Virus record (IMG/VR): IMGVR_UViG_2974723051_000001
Span: 10,326 to 74,325 of that record
Length of the DNA stretch: 64,000 bases
Strand: one strand, 5' to 3'
From: a virus
Taxonomy: Duplodnaviria > Caudoviricetes
The notes beneath the pieces are model-generated. The model was not told the DNA's origin and ran no database searches. It was given only the letters and a program-made list of their open reading frames with translations. Of the stretch, positions 1 through 8,714 are shown in pieces. How positions within the stretch are numbered: position 1 is the stretch's first letter; every line of letters begins with the position of its first letter. The translations under genes were made by a program, and so were the position numbers.

Positions 1-93
1 AACGGTGGATACAATAAGTCTAAACCAGTTAATCCTAGGCATGATACATGGTTACTTAAACTTAAACGATGGTATGCGGAGAGAGTGCAATGA
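1..93 (+). CDS. 3' end of a small early ORF (partial, ...RWYAERVQ*)
   Basis: Open frame from base 1 to TGA at 91-93; ATGA overlap with the next ORF. Confidence 0.4.
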   Translation, partial: NGGYNKSKPVNPRHDTWLLKLKRWYAERVQ

Positions 94-305
94 GACTCAT
101 TAGAACATTTGGTTCCAAGCATACGTTACATAATGGTGGTTCATTATTTAGGTATCGATATAAATATTATTTATATGGGGTTAGAAGTAATTTACGACAT
201 ATTACTTGGTTAACATCAGAAGATACTGCTAACCGTTTCTCTAGGGGTGTATGGGTTTACTTCAGTAAGGAAACCAATGAAATTGTACAGCGTATTCAAG
301 ATTAA
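90..305 (+). CDS. small early protein, MRLxxT[YF] family (MRLIRTF)
   Basis: ATG at 90 after GGAGAG; coupled to neighbours. Confidence 0.65.
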   Translation: MRLIRTFGSKHTLHNGGSLFRYRYKYYLYGVRSNLRHITWLTSEDTANRFSRGVWVYFSKETNEIVQRIQD

Positions 306-498
306 ATATCAGTGGGGACATTACATATCTGCTGATATAGGTATATTTTACATCGGTATATATGGGATGCATCATTCATCTATGTCCGATGAGACATTAC
401 ATAACAAACAATTACGTGGTCATGTGAAGACCGTAAGGAGACTACAATATGAGAGTAATAAGCACATATGCCAACCCAGAAGCGGTGAGGCTGTTTAA
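277..498 (+). CDS. small early protein (MKLYSVF), loosely in the MRLxxTY family
   Basis: AAGGAAACCA-ATG start at 277. Confidence 0.6.
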   Translation: MKLYSVFKIKYQWGHYISADIGIFYIGIYGMHHSSMSDETLHNKQLRGHVKTVRRLQYESNKHICQPRSGEAV

Positions 499-655
499 CG
501 CTGCATTCCGATATAAAGATACTGTGTATCGAGCTAGAACCAATGTACTACATGAATATGTAGATATAAGTGTACCTAGATTCTTAGTAGCTGTTGAGTC
601 AGGTAACTTAGTACCTTCAAAGGACAGAACCAAAAAACTGAGTATGTTCTTATGA
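449..655 (+). CDS. small early protein, MRLxxTY family (MRVISTY)
   Basis: AAGGAG RBS; overlapping array. Confidence 0.7.
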   Translation: MRVISTYANPEAVRLFNAAFRYKDTVYRARTNVLHEYVDISVPRFLVAVESGNLVPSKDRTKKLSMFL

Positions 656-855
656 TGCTGCTGGCTACTTATAACCATACGCTATATGAACGGCAGGGTA
701 AGGTTTACCCTATATTTACCTATGATATGCCATACACCCTCGAAAAGATGTATGGGAGCTATGGGATTGCTAACTTGTCCCTTAGTCGTGATTTTATAGC
801 CCGTGATATTAAGTATGGCAGGATGCTCCGCATCACACGTGGAACAACTATCTAA
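652..855 (+). CDS. small early protein, MRLxxTY family (MMLLATY)
   Basis: ATGA overlap with upstream ORF. Confidence 0.65.
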   Translation: MMLLATYNHTLYERQGKVYPIFTYDMPYTLEKMYGSYGIANLSLSRDFIARDIKYGRMLRITRGTTI

Positions 856-865
856 GGAACCAATC

Positions 866-1078
866 ATGAGATACGTAATAACTACAATCCTAGCTCTATT
901 ACTTGCTGCTGCATCAGTAGTATTCGTTAAAGCGGTGAAAGCTGAGATGGCCGTAGTTCACGCTGAAGGGCAATGTATCGCCAGATACATTGAACAAGGC
1001 GTAGAACGGAAGGACATCAAAGTTACACGTGGAAGCTGTGAAGTAATTATATATGGTGAAGCAACTTTAAGGGACTAG
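866..1078 (+). CDS. small membrane-anchored/secreted protein
   Basis: AAGGA RBS, start MRYVITTILALLLAAASVVFV (hydrophobic), two Cys. Confidence 0.7.
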   Translation: MRYVITTILALLLAAASVVFVKAVKAEMAVVHAEGQCIARYIEQGVERKDIKVTRGSCEVIIYGEATLRD

Positions 1079-1090
1079 CCTTCGGCTAGT
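1074..1090 (+). promoter_or_regulatory. putative virion-RNAP hairpin promoter
   Basis: ACTAGC-C-TTC-G-GCTAGT; template-strand GAA triloop closed by C:G as in N4 early promoters; no U-tract. Confidence 0.55.
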
Positions 1091-1101
1091 TGGGTGAACC
1101 A

Positions 1102-1290
1102 ATGAGACTGTTAGTCACTTATTCAACTCGGGACTATCAAACTAAGTTAGGTGCAATCTGGTTTGAGCACAACTATTGTGAAATGTTTAGGTCTAATCAC
1201 AAGCCGTTAGCAATGGCACATAATCATACAGCTTACTTAGACCATGATATTACAGCCAGAAGTGTCTTACCTGTTAGGGAACTGAACTAA
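1102..1290 (+). CDS. small early protein, MRLxxTY family (MRLLVTY)
   Basis: GGGTG-AACCA-ATG start at 1102. Confidence 0.65.
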   Translation: MRLLVTYSTRDYQTKLGAIWFEHNYCEMFRSNHKPLAMAHNHTAYLDHDITARSVLPVRELN

Positions 1291-1490
1291 TGCGATTAGT
1301 ACTTACCAACTGTTATGGACCAGAATCTCTTCCGAATAATGAGGTATCTTTTGTGTTTACCTCTGTTGTGTACTGGACTTGGAAAGATGTTCCAATGTGT
1401 AAAGCACACATGGATGACATTACAGAACACATACGGGAAATTTTAGAAGACGAGTTAATACTCGTAAGGGAGTTAACCCGATGCGATTAA
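1290..1490 (+). CDS. small early protein (MRLVLTNCY), paralog of 1481-1672
   Basis: TAATG coupling; shares EVSF..WTW.D.P with the next ORF. Confidence 0.75.
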   Translation: MRLVLTNCYGPESLPNNEVSFVFTSVVYWTWKDVPMCKAHMDDITEHIREILEDELILVRELTRCD

Positions 1491-1672
1491 TACTTACTCG
1501 TTGTTATGACACCCATACCTTAGAAGATGGTGAAGTGTCATTTATATATCATTCAATTCTGCATTGGACTTGGTTAGATGCTCCAATACTAGCGAACCCT
1601 ACTAGTCACTTTGTTACTGCTCACCTAAAATCAATAGTGGAAGGTGAATTACTACTTAGCAGAGAAATGTGA
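1481..1672 (+). CDS. small early protein (MRLILTRCY), paralog of 1290-1490
   Basis: GGGAG RBS; tandem duplication visible in DNA and protein. Confidence 0.75.
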   Translation: MRLILTRCYDTHTLEDGEVSFIYHSILHWTWLDAPILANPTSHFVTAHLKSIVEGELLLSREM

Positions 1673-1731
1673 CATATATCACAAAAAATTCTTCGGTCAC
1701 TCAACCTCCGGAGCACTCTGATAGTTCATTT

Positions 1732-1746
1732 TGGACCTCCGGTCCA
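1732..1746 (+). promoter_or_regulatory. putative virion-RNAP hairpin promoter
   Basis: TGGAC-C-TCC-G-GTCCA followed by TCCTTGGA; template GGA triloop like N4 early promoters; lies upstream of the gp2-like gene. Confidence 0.65.
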
Positions 1747-1794
1747 TCCTTGGAATAATCCAAACTTTAATTTAATTTATTAGGAGACTCAATT

Positions 1795-2034
1795 ATGGGC
1801 ATTCAAACTGAAACTCAAGCACCTGCAACTAACGCTAAAGAAACTAAGAAAGCTGAAGGTTGGCTAAACCTAGTCGTCAAAGCTAAAGACGGTAACTACC
1901 ACTCAGTGAAGTGTTACATTCCTCTTGAATCAACTAACGATGTTCATCGTGCAATGTTGAACAAAGAAGATGGTACTGAATTTGAAATCATCGGTACTGT
2001 GAAGCACAACGTCACAAAAGAAATCGAATTGTAA
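1795..2034 (+). CDS. N4 gp2/Drc-like ssDNA-binding co-activator of RNAP II
   Basis: KAEGWLNL...IPL motif resembles gp2/Drc; early position; AGGAG RBS. Confidence 0.6.
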   Translation: MGIQTETQAPATNAKETKKAEGWLNLVVKAKDGNYHSVKCYIPLESTNDVHRAMLNKEDGTEFEIIGTVKHNVTKEIEL

Positions 2035-2039
2035 TACCA

Positions 2040-2071
2040 AGGCCAATCCGAAAGGGTTGGCCTCACTTTTT
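2040..2071 (+). terminator. intrinsic terminator
   Basis: AGGCCAATCC-GAAA-GGGTTGGCCT then T-run. Confidence 0.7.
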
Positions 2072-2083
2072 GGAGAGAGTGAA

Positions 2084-2350
2084 ATGGCAGTATCAAACGA
2101 ATATCTACAACAGTTGCCTTATGCGACTGACTACGTGTTGAACCATCTGATTCCAGAGACAGGTTGCATCAAAATGTCTACAGAATCTTTAATGGTGGCT
2201 CAGATAGCCTACAACACTATCGAAGATGAGGTTATGGATGACATAGCCAATAATGTTCCACCAATTCTGGTGGTAGCAAAAATCGCTAATGCTACTAAAA
2301 ATGCGCAAGTAGTAGAAGCAACAGTAAAACAAATCATTGAAACAAAATAG
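2084..2350 (+). CDS. hypothetical protein
   Basis: GGAGAG RBS, ATG at 2084. Confidence 0.7.
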   Translation: MAVSNEYLQQLPYATDYVLNHLIPETGCIKMSTESLMVAQIAYNTIEDEVMDDIANNVPPILVVAKIANATKNAQVVEATVKQIIETK

Positions 2351-2359
2351 GAAATCGAC

Positions 2360-2620
2360 ATGTCCGATACAAACGAAGCTACAAAAGTACTTATCCGTGT
2401 TAAACCAAAGAACAGTGCAGAAGAACTAGATGCAATGTTTACTGAGTTCGACGCAGCAGAAGAACTGAAAGACAAAACAATGCTGACAGTCCCATCTACT
2501 AACCGTCTGGTTACAGATGAAGGTCACCTATTGGTTGTGCTACCTAAGCGCTTGGACTTCGCAATTGCATACGAACCAGATGAGTTCGTGGTACTTGCAG
2601 AGAACGCCGCTACTGCTTAA
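2360..2620 (+). CDS. hypothetical protein
   Basis: AGGA RBS; phage-typical codon usage. Confidence 0.75.
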   Translation: MSDTNEATKVLIRVKPKNSAEELDAMFTEFDAAEELKDKTMLTVPSTNRLVTDEGHLLVVLPKRLDFAIAYEPDEFVVLAENAATA

Positions 2621-2630
2621 TCAACTAAAT

Positions 2631-2656
2631 GGGGAGCCTTGTGCTCCCCTATTTTT
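2631..2656 (+). terminator. intrinsic terminator
   Basis: GGGGAGC-CTTGT-GCTCCCC-TATTTTT. Confidence 0.75.
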
Positions 2657-2668
2657 ATTGAGGCGTGT

Positions 2669-2890
2669 ATGAAACTTTGTAAAACATATCACGAACAAGA
2701 CGAAATACCTACTGTCTGGTTCGAATGTGGAGGAGTTACCTCAGACTGTATGGATGCAGGTTTTTACGTAGAATTTCTACGAGATGGTACATCAGATTGG
2801 GTGACCGTATATGGTCCCACAATAAATGACCAAAGTAAGTTTGAACGTGTCACTAAAGACATAACCTTAACTACCTTAAGCAAAATATAG
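2669..2890 (+). CDS. small protein, MRLxxTY family (MKLCKTY)
   Basis: GAGG RBS, ATG at 2669. Confidence 0.65.
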   Translation: MKLCKTYHEQDEIPTVWFECGGVTSDCMDAGFYVEFLRDGTSDWVTVYGPTINDQSKFERVTKDITLTTLSKI

Positions 2891-2899
2891 GACAAACCA

Positions 2900-3853
2900 A
2901 TGACCACTAGAATGTTACCACGTGATTACCAAATGATGATGGAAACCAAGTACTCCAAATCAAACATCCGTAAATATATCCTTGATGATATTCAAGAGTG
3001 TCAGGAACTTATGGATAAGCTCCATATATGTGCGCTACAAGTGGAGAAATGGTGTCAAGAAGACCACTATGAATCCAAGAAGGAATCACTAGCTGTATTG
3101 CTAGATGAAGAGTTCAGTATCAAAGACTTGTTGGTTGATATTATGAGTATGGTTCTGACTCAGAGCTATCGTATGGAAATCACAAGTGCAGTTGGTTTAG
3201 TAGCTGGCTTTATGCCATGGGAAGACTACCGAATCAAAATCAAACGTGCAGCAGAATTGCTATTCCATTTAGCTGCTTGTGACATCATCGATATGGCTCC
3301 AGCATTTATCAGTGAAACCAATACAGTACTAATTAGTAATAAGTACTCAATTGGTGGTGATACTGCTAAGTATATTGAAATGAGTAAGTTCACACCACCA
3401 ATGGTATGTGTACCTGAACCAGTAAAGTCTACTCGTGAATCCGGTTACTTAACTAAGCAACAGTTCGCAATACTGAAAGGTAAACACCAGCACAACTATC
3501 CAGTTAACCTTGCATCAATCAATAACTTTAACTCTATTCCATTATCACTAGACCATGAGTTCTTACGTATGGTTGAAGATGAGTTAGAGACTGATACAGA
3601 AACAGAAATGGAGATTGATAAACGACGTAAAGCTTTCGATAAGCTACGCCTAGAAACCTACGATGTATGTTTAGATATCATTCGTGCTGGTAATGAGTTC
3701 TATGAGACTCACTTTTGGTGTGGACGAGGCAGAACATATACCCGTGGTTATCACATCAACTCTCAGGGTAACAGCTACCGTAAAGCTATGGTAAATTACG
3801 CAGAGGCGGCTGACATTAATGAGGATATTGAAGATTGGAAACAATACTTCTAA
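2900..3853 (+). CDS. RNA polymerase II subunit 1 (N4 gp15-like; N-terminal half of a T7-type RNAP)
   Basis: PPMVC.P and RGRTY.RGYHINSQG..YRKA motifs; position before subunit 2. Confidence 0.9.
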   Translation: MTTRMLPRDYQMMMETKYSKSNIRKYILDDIQECQELMDKLHICALQVEKWCQEDHYESKKESLAVLLDEEFSIKDLLVDIMSMVLTQSYRMEITSAVGLVAGFMPWEDYRIKIKRAAELLFHLAACDIIDMAPAFISETNTVLISNKYSIGGDTAKYIEMSKFTPPMVCVPEPVKSTRESGYLTKQQFAILKGKHQHNYPVNLASINNFNSIPLSLDHEFLRMVEDELETDTETEMEIDKRRKAFDKLRLETYDVCLDIIRAGNEFYETHFWCGRGRTYTRGYHINSQGNSYRKAMVNYAEAADINEDIEDWKQYF

Positions 3854-4458
3854 AGACCTGTTCTAAGTGTGGTGAGTATAAAGAACTCACCCACTATCAT
3901 AAATATCCTAAAGGTGTTTATGGTGTGCGGGCAGAATGCAAGGGATGTATTACAGCTCGTAGGCATTCTAAAGAAGGCACAGTGAAACAAATGTATCTTA
4001 GGCAACGAGCTAGTTCTAAAAAGCGGGGCTATACACTACCTGATTATACAGAACAGGAACTTAAACAATGGTTATATGACCAACCTAAATTCCATGAAAT
4101 GTATTCTATTTGGGTAGCATCAGGCTTTAAAAAAGAACTTAAACCTTCTGTAGACCGTCTAGATGATTATGCTCCTTATACCTTATCGGGAATCCAATTA
4201 GTGACTTTCCAAACCAATAGAGATAATTATGAGCAGCATCGTAAAGAAGGTAAGTCAACCAAAGGTCTAATGACAGCAGTAGATAAATTGACGTTAGATG
4301 GCGAAATGATTAAACGCTATCACTCTATATCAGCAGCTTCAAGAGACAATAATAATTTGCACATTGGTACAATTCAATCGGTGTGTGCAGGCAAAACTAA
4401 GACTTGTGGTGGATTTAAGTGGCGTTATTCACTTGAACCAAATAATAACAAACATTAA
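3835..4458 (+). CDS. free-standing homing endonuclease-like protein (Zn finger, SVDR..N core, NUMOD1-like C-terminus)
   Basis: CxxC...CxxC, KPSVDRLDDYAPY, YHSISAAS...C.GK.KTCGGFKWRY. Confidence 0.75.
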   Translation: METILLKTCSKCGEYKELTHYHKYPKGVYGVRAECKGCITARRHSKEGTVKQMYLRQRASSKKRGYTLPDYTEQELKQWLYDQPKFHEMYSIWVASGFKKELKPSVDRLDDYAPYTLSGIQLVTFQTNRDNYEQHRKEGKSTKGLMTAVDKLTLDGEMIKRYHSISAASRDNNNLHIGTIQSVCAGKTKTCGGFKWRYSLEPNNNKH

Positions 4459-4480
4459 CTAAAACTCAGCGAGAAATACT

Positions 4481-4920
4481 ATGAAAACTTTTACACCAAT
4501 CGAATACATCTGTATTCACATTGCTAACTCTTTCGGTAAAGACAAACTACTGTTCGAAGACAGAATAGAGTGGGTTAAGCAAAACGGTAAACAACTACGT
4601 AAACTAGCAGGTCAAGCAGATGACAAAGCACAGTATCTACGTGGTGTACTTGAACTTGAACGTATCCTTAATGGTCAGCGTACTACTAATATGCCAATTG
4701 GTTTAGATGCAACTGCATCTGGCCTACAGATTCTATCTGTACTATCTGGCTGTATGGTTACTGCTAGCCATGTAGGTCTAGTTGACCCTAATAAACGTTG
4801 TGATGCATATACAGCGTGTGGTGATACTATGAACTTCTACTTACCAGAAGATAAGCAGATTATCCTTACTGGTACTCCAAAAGCAGGTCAATACACTCGT
4901 AAAGACCTAAAGCAACCCTT
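4481..4920 (+). CDS. RNA polymerase II subunit 2 (N4 gp16-like), exon 1
   Basis: ANSFGKDK..FEDRIEW, motif A GLDATASGLQ, ends inside motif B (RKDLKQP). Confidence 0.9.
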
Positions 4921-5787
4921 AGAACATTGAGGCTTTATGCAGCGATGCATATCGAATAACTACGTGAATTCATGGGAACCCCTAACGTTAAGCCGAGGGC
5001 AATCATGAGCCAAGTTGACAAGAAGAATTGTAAAAGTAATACTTGCATAAAAATGTGCAAAGGAAACTTTTATGGAAACTTCACAGTGTAACAAATGTAA
5101 TCAAATCAAGCCTGTATCTGAATTTCCTAAGATTACTCATAATCAATTTAGAAGTTCAAAAGGAAGTTCTGGAATCTACTCATACTGTAAAGAATGCAGA
5201 AATGCTAAAGCAAGAGAGTGGCGAAAGAATAATCCTAATTACAAAGCATCAGGTAAATTAAGTAGTTACCCTAAAGAAGATAAACTATTGCTATCTGCAA
5301 TACGCAGTAGAATATCTGATTGTAAGGGTAGAATACGTAGGGCTAATCCGGCCTGTGTAAACTTATTTGATTTGGATACCGATTACATGTATCAACTCTT
5401 TAAACAACAAGAAGGTAAATGTGCATTATCAGGTGTTGATTTATCACTTACTAAGAACGATTTGAATGTCTTATCCATAGATAAAATCGAACCTAGCAAA
5501 GGGTACATCAAAGGTAATGTTCAATGGCTTTCATGGGCAACTAACCGAGCTAAAGGTGAAATGCCCCAACAAGAGTTTATTGAGTTATGTCAAAAGGTGC
5601 AGAGACTATCGAAAGCATAACCGAAAGGTGAAGAAGCGAGTAGAGTAGGTTCAAGTGAACCGAAGTGCGTAGCATCTCTGACTAGAGATGATGATATAGT
5701 CCGACCTCATATGAAAGTATGAGCAGTTTGTAGGTAGAGAAACTATAAACGGGATTAGATGTAACGAATCTAATTTGAACATAAGTG
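4921..5787 (+). mobile_element. group I intron in RNAP II subunit 2, carrying an endonuclease ORF
   Basis: Exon ends in U and CCUU pairs with intron GAGG (U.G); P7 GACTA 5604-5608/TAGTC 5697-5701; terminal G5787; splicing restores RKDLKQPFMTHFY (Rx3Kx7Y). Confidence 0.88.
5072..5620 (+). CDS. intron-encoded HNH-like homing endonuclease
   Basis: CxxC..CxxC, QEGKCALSG, LSIDKIEPSKGYIKGNVQW..WATNRAK. Confidence 0.85.
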   Translation: METSQCNKCNQIKPVSEFPKITHNQFRSSKGSSGIYSYCKECRNAKAREWRKNNPNYKASGKLSSYPKEDKLLLSAIRSRISDCKGRIRRANPACVNLFDLDTDYMYQLFKQQEGKCALSGVDLSLTKNDLNVLSIDKIEPSKGYIKGNVQWLSWATNRAKGEMPQQEFIELCQKVQRLSKA

Positions 5788-6577
5788 TATGACACATTTT
5801 TATTTCTCTAAAGCCGAACCAAAGAAAGTATTTGGGGATAATACAGTTGAGCTACTAGCGTTCTATAGCGCTGTAAATGATATGGCTCCGGGAGCTAATG
5901 CACTCATGGATGATATATTTGGTGCAATGAAACGTGATACAGCTACAGAGTACAAATGGACTCTACCTGATGGTCATACTGCATTTACTCGTGTGATGGT
6001 TACTAAAGACCGTACTGTGGAACTAGAAGAACTGAAGAATGCTTCAGGTAAAGCTTCTACATTCACTCACCGTATGGAAGTAAATGAACCAAACGATAAA
6101 GATGTATCACTTGTAGCTAACGTTACTCACTCATGTGATGGATTCGTTGTACGTGAAATGGGTGGCCGTATGAACCATAACAAACATCGTCTACTTAAGA
6201 CTCTTGATGTAACTCGTGGTTGTCGTGTAACCAATCGTGACAAGATGGTATCTATCTTTGAGGTTGATGCATTGCTGTCGGGTAAACAGGACTATGACGA
6301 CAATACGCTAGGTCTATTGGCAGAAGTATGTGAGTCAGTATTAGAGAACCCATCTGCACCTATGAAGTCGGTACATGATGAGTTCAAAACTATGGCTCCT
6401 TACTGTAACCAAATGCGTAGATACTATACTGATATACTTGCTCAAATGGCTGAATCCAACATGATTCAAGACATTCTACGTGAGTTGTACCATAACCCTA
6501 ATCTGGTTTATCAGAAAGAAGGTGACGGTATGGCACTAGCAGAAGCAATCAGAGGTAGCAACTACGCTATCTGTTAA
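5788..6577 (+). CDS. RNA polymerase II subunit 2 (N4 gp16-like), exon 2
   Basis: MTHFY, WTLPDG, ANVTHSCDG, motif C SVHDEF; spliced product 409 aa. Confidence 0.9.
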
Positions 6578-6585
6578 CTAACTAA

Positions 6586-6613
6586 GGCACTCTTCGGAGT
6601 GTCTTTATTTTTT
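6586..6613 (+). terminator. intrinsic terminator
   Basis: GGCACTC-TTCG-GAGTGTC then T-run. Confidence 0.8.
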
Positions 6614-6624
6614 GGAGTATAAGT

Positions 6625-7455
6625 ATGAAATATGTATATGTGTTTGTAATATTTTTTATAATTTTTATAGGTATTACACTAGGTTTTGGGGGTGATATGG
6701 GACTAGTAGTATTACTACTATTTTTTGGGTATTTCATAGGAAATATTACATTACATAAGGATATAGCAAAAAATATTAATAAAATTGAGGAGTTGACCAT
6801 AGGGATTAATGTATTAGAAAAGATAATACGTGAGCAAGAAAATAGGATTAATGAAAAAGATATTCTTATTGCCGGATTAGAAAATAAAAGAAATCCTAGC
6901 AACCTTAATACACTAACTGCTTATGAATGGCTAGGCTTGGACCCTATCAATACCGATACAGCTAAGATAAAAACCCAATTTAAGCGCTTATCTACAATGT
7001 ATCACCCAGATAAAGGGGGTAGTAACAAGATGCAAACTATCTTAGTGAATGCGCGCGATGAGTTACTAAATAATATCCATAAAGGTACAGTGATGGTATC
7101 TGCAAAATGTTTTAATGATTATAGCGTAGTAATACCAAATAATTCTTTCTTCTATGTACGTTATACAAAAGAAATGCTTGTATTTAATCCAATTACTAAG
7201 AATTATCAACCATTAACAGTTTTATGTTTTTATACCCGAGAAGGGCATAAGTATATGTGGTTAAACTGCTTAAGTATGCTACTTGATGGTATACCTTCTG
7301 AAATAGTAATGGGGGATAAATTTGAAAAGGATATTCGTGTAATTCATTTTAATATTATTAATCAATATTTGAAAGGTATGCATAAAGAGACTAGTAATAT
7401 TATTACAAAGTTGGATGAAGAACTAGATGAAAAGATAAGGACATTACGGCGATGA
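6625..7455 (+). CDS. membrane-anchored J-domain (DnaJ-like) protein
   Basis: Two N-terminal hydrophobic segments, coiled coil, AYEWLGL...YHPDKGGS..MQTILVNARD. Confidence 0.8.
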   Translation: MKYVYVFVIFFIIFIGITLGFGGDMGLVVLLLFFGYFIGNITLHKDIAKNINKIEELTIGINVLEKIIREQENRINEKDILIAGLENKRNPSNLNTLTAYEWLGLDPINTDTAKIKTQFKRLSTMYHPDKGGSNKMQTILVNARDELLNNIHKGTVMVSAKCFNDYSVVIPNNSFFYVRYTKEMLVFNPITKNYQPLTVLCFYTREGHKYMWLNCLSMLLDGIPSEIVMGDKFEKDIRVIHFNIINQYLKGMHKETSNIITKLDEELDEKIRTLRR

Positions 7456-7514
7456 GAGTAGTAGCTACTTACCTCTCTGCACTTCAGTATCGAGATGTAA
7501 AGAGTGGTGTACTA
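7452..7514 (+). CDS. 20-aa mini-ORF of the MRLxxTY family (MRVVATYLSALQYRDVRVVY)
   Basis: ATGA overlap with J-domain gene, AAGGA upstream; below ORF-track cutoff. Confidence 0.4.
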
Positions 7515-7518
7515 ACTC

Positions 7519-7533
7519 GCATCCTCCGGATGC
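7519..7533 (+). promoter_or_regulatory. putative virion-RNAP hairpin promoter
   Basis: GCATC-C-TCC-G-GATGC triloop hairpin, no U-tract. Confidence 0.55.
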
Positions 7534-7590
7534 CGGAATGAATATTAATTAAAACTAACTATGTGGGAGATAGATAGTCTAGGAGAACAA

Positions 7591-7833
7591 ATGAAAATAA
7601 CAATACACAACCTTCAAAAATTTATTGATAAAGTAGAGCACAATTATGCTCACGGGACAGTTACTTTTTATACCAAAATTTCTGGTTATCTAGTCCCATT
7701 CTCTATTGTGAACACTACAATGGAACCAACAAACATTATGCCTACAAGTCTACCGGAGCTAGATAGTCTCGGCATTTCATCTACTGAGATACTGCGAGGT
7801 ATTGAACGATGCAAACTTATCAGAGGCTATTAG
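7591..7833 (+). CDS. hypothetical protein
   Basis: AGGAG RBS, ATG at 7591. Confidence 0.65.
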   Translation: MKITIHNLQKFIDKVEHNYAHGTVTFYTKISGYLVPFSIVNTTMEPTNIMPTSLPELDSLGISSTEILRGIERCKLIRGY

Positions 7834-8084
7834 TCAGAATTGACTTAGAAAAACTAAGTGATGCTAGACATACCTTCTTAGGTACATTCGGAGCTAAACC
7901 AAAAGTAAGTACTGGTTACCGAAACCAAGGTCATATAGCTATACCACTTAAATTCTTATTAAGAGATGGTTTCAGCTTTCTGTACGACGATGACAGTTGG
8001 TATGAAAAAGGCTCAGTGCTAATCAACAATGAGCCATGTTATTACTTTAGTAATAATGAGGTAGATATACTAACGGGAGATTGA
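7809..8084 (+). CDS. hypothetical protein
   Basis: GAGGT RBS; overlaps upstream ORF. Confidence 0.65.
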   Translation: MQTYQRLLVRIDLEKLSDARHTFLGTFGAKPKVSTGYRNQGHIAIPLKFLLRDGFSFLYDDDSWYEKGSVLINNEPCYYFSNNEVDILTGD

Positions 8085-8142
8085 ATAAACATGAATAAAT
8101 ATGGTTTCTCTAGGTAAACGTAAATCCCATAAAGGATGGAGA

Positions 8143-8664
8143 CTACCTACTTAAACTATAGTTATGAATACCTTGAGCAATAGCTTTAGCTAACTCTTGC
8201 TGCTTATCAATCATAATCATCATATCCACATCATTGTCTATGAAACCCGGCTCTAAAATGATACAAGGCATAGCTGTCTTACGTAGGATGAGTTCACGTG
8301 TTGATTCTTTAATACCACGGTCACGAATATCAAGTGTTTCCACTACAGCATCTTGTACATATTGAGCTAGCTTAATACCTTTACGACTCTTCGGATAATG
8401 GAGTGTCTCTGAACCAGAAACCAACTTATTGAATGCATTGCAATGAAGCTCTACTGCTACATCTGCCTTGGTTCGATTAATCTGTGCCGGTAACTCAGCT
8501 AACGATTTACGGAATACTAGTTCGACTTCATGACCTAGTTTTTCCAACTCTTCCACTACTCCCTTTCCAAGGGATGTGTTGTATGAAAACTCAGTAATAC
8601 CGAATGTTTCGTTATAAGCTCCTTGCTCATCTGGCGAATGTCCTACTGAAATACATACTTTCAT
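8143..8664 (-). CDS. N-acetylmuramoyl-L-alanine amidase (Amidase_3), probable endolysin
   Basis: ISVGH, E, ELHCNA, GSE, ILRKTAMPCIILEPGFIDN; start MKVCIS after AAGGT. Confidence 0.9.
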   Translation of the reverse strand: MKVCISVGHSPDEQGAYNETFGITEFSYNTSLGKGVVEELEKLGHEVELVFRKSLAELPAQINRTKADVAVELHCNAFNKLVSGSETLHYPKSRKGIKLAQYVQDAVVETLDIRDRGIKESTRELILRKTAMPCIILEPGFIDNDVDMMIMIDKQQELAKAIAQGIHNYSLSR

Positions 8665-8714
8665 AATTTTACCTTTTTGTTTAGAACACCCTAATAATAT
8701 CCAAGGAGTTTCAA

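Noticed and set aside
1701-1716. CCTCCGG as another vRNAP promoter
   Set aside because: Flanks do not form a stem around the triloop.
4481-6577. RNAP subunit 2 as a pseudogene or three-subunit polymerase
   Set aside because: Group I intron elements and an in-frame splice restoring motif B explain the split.
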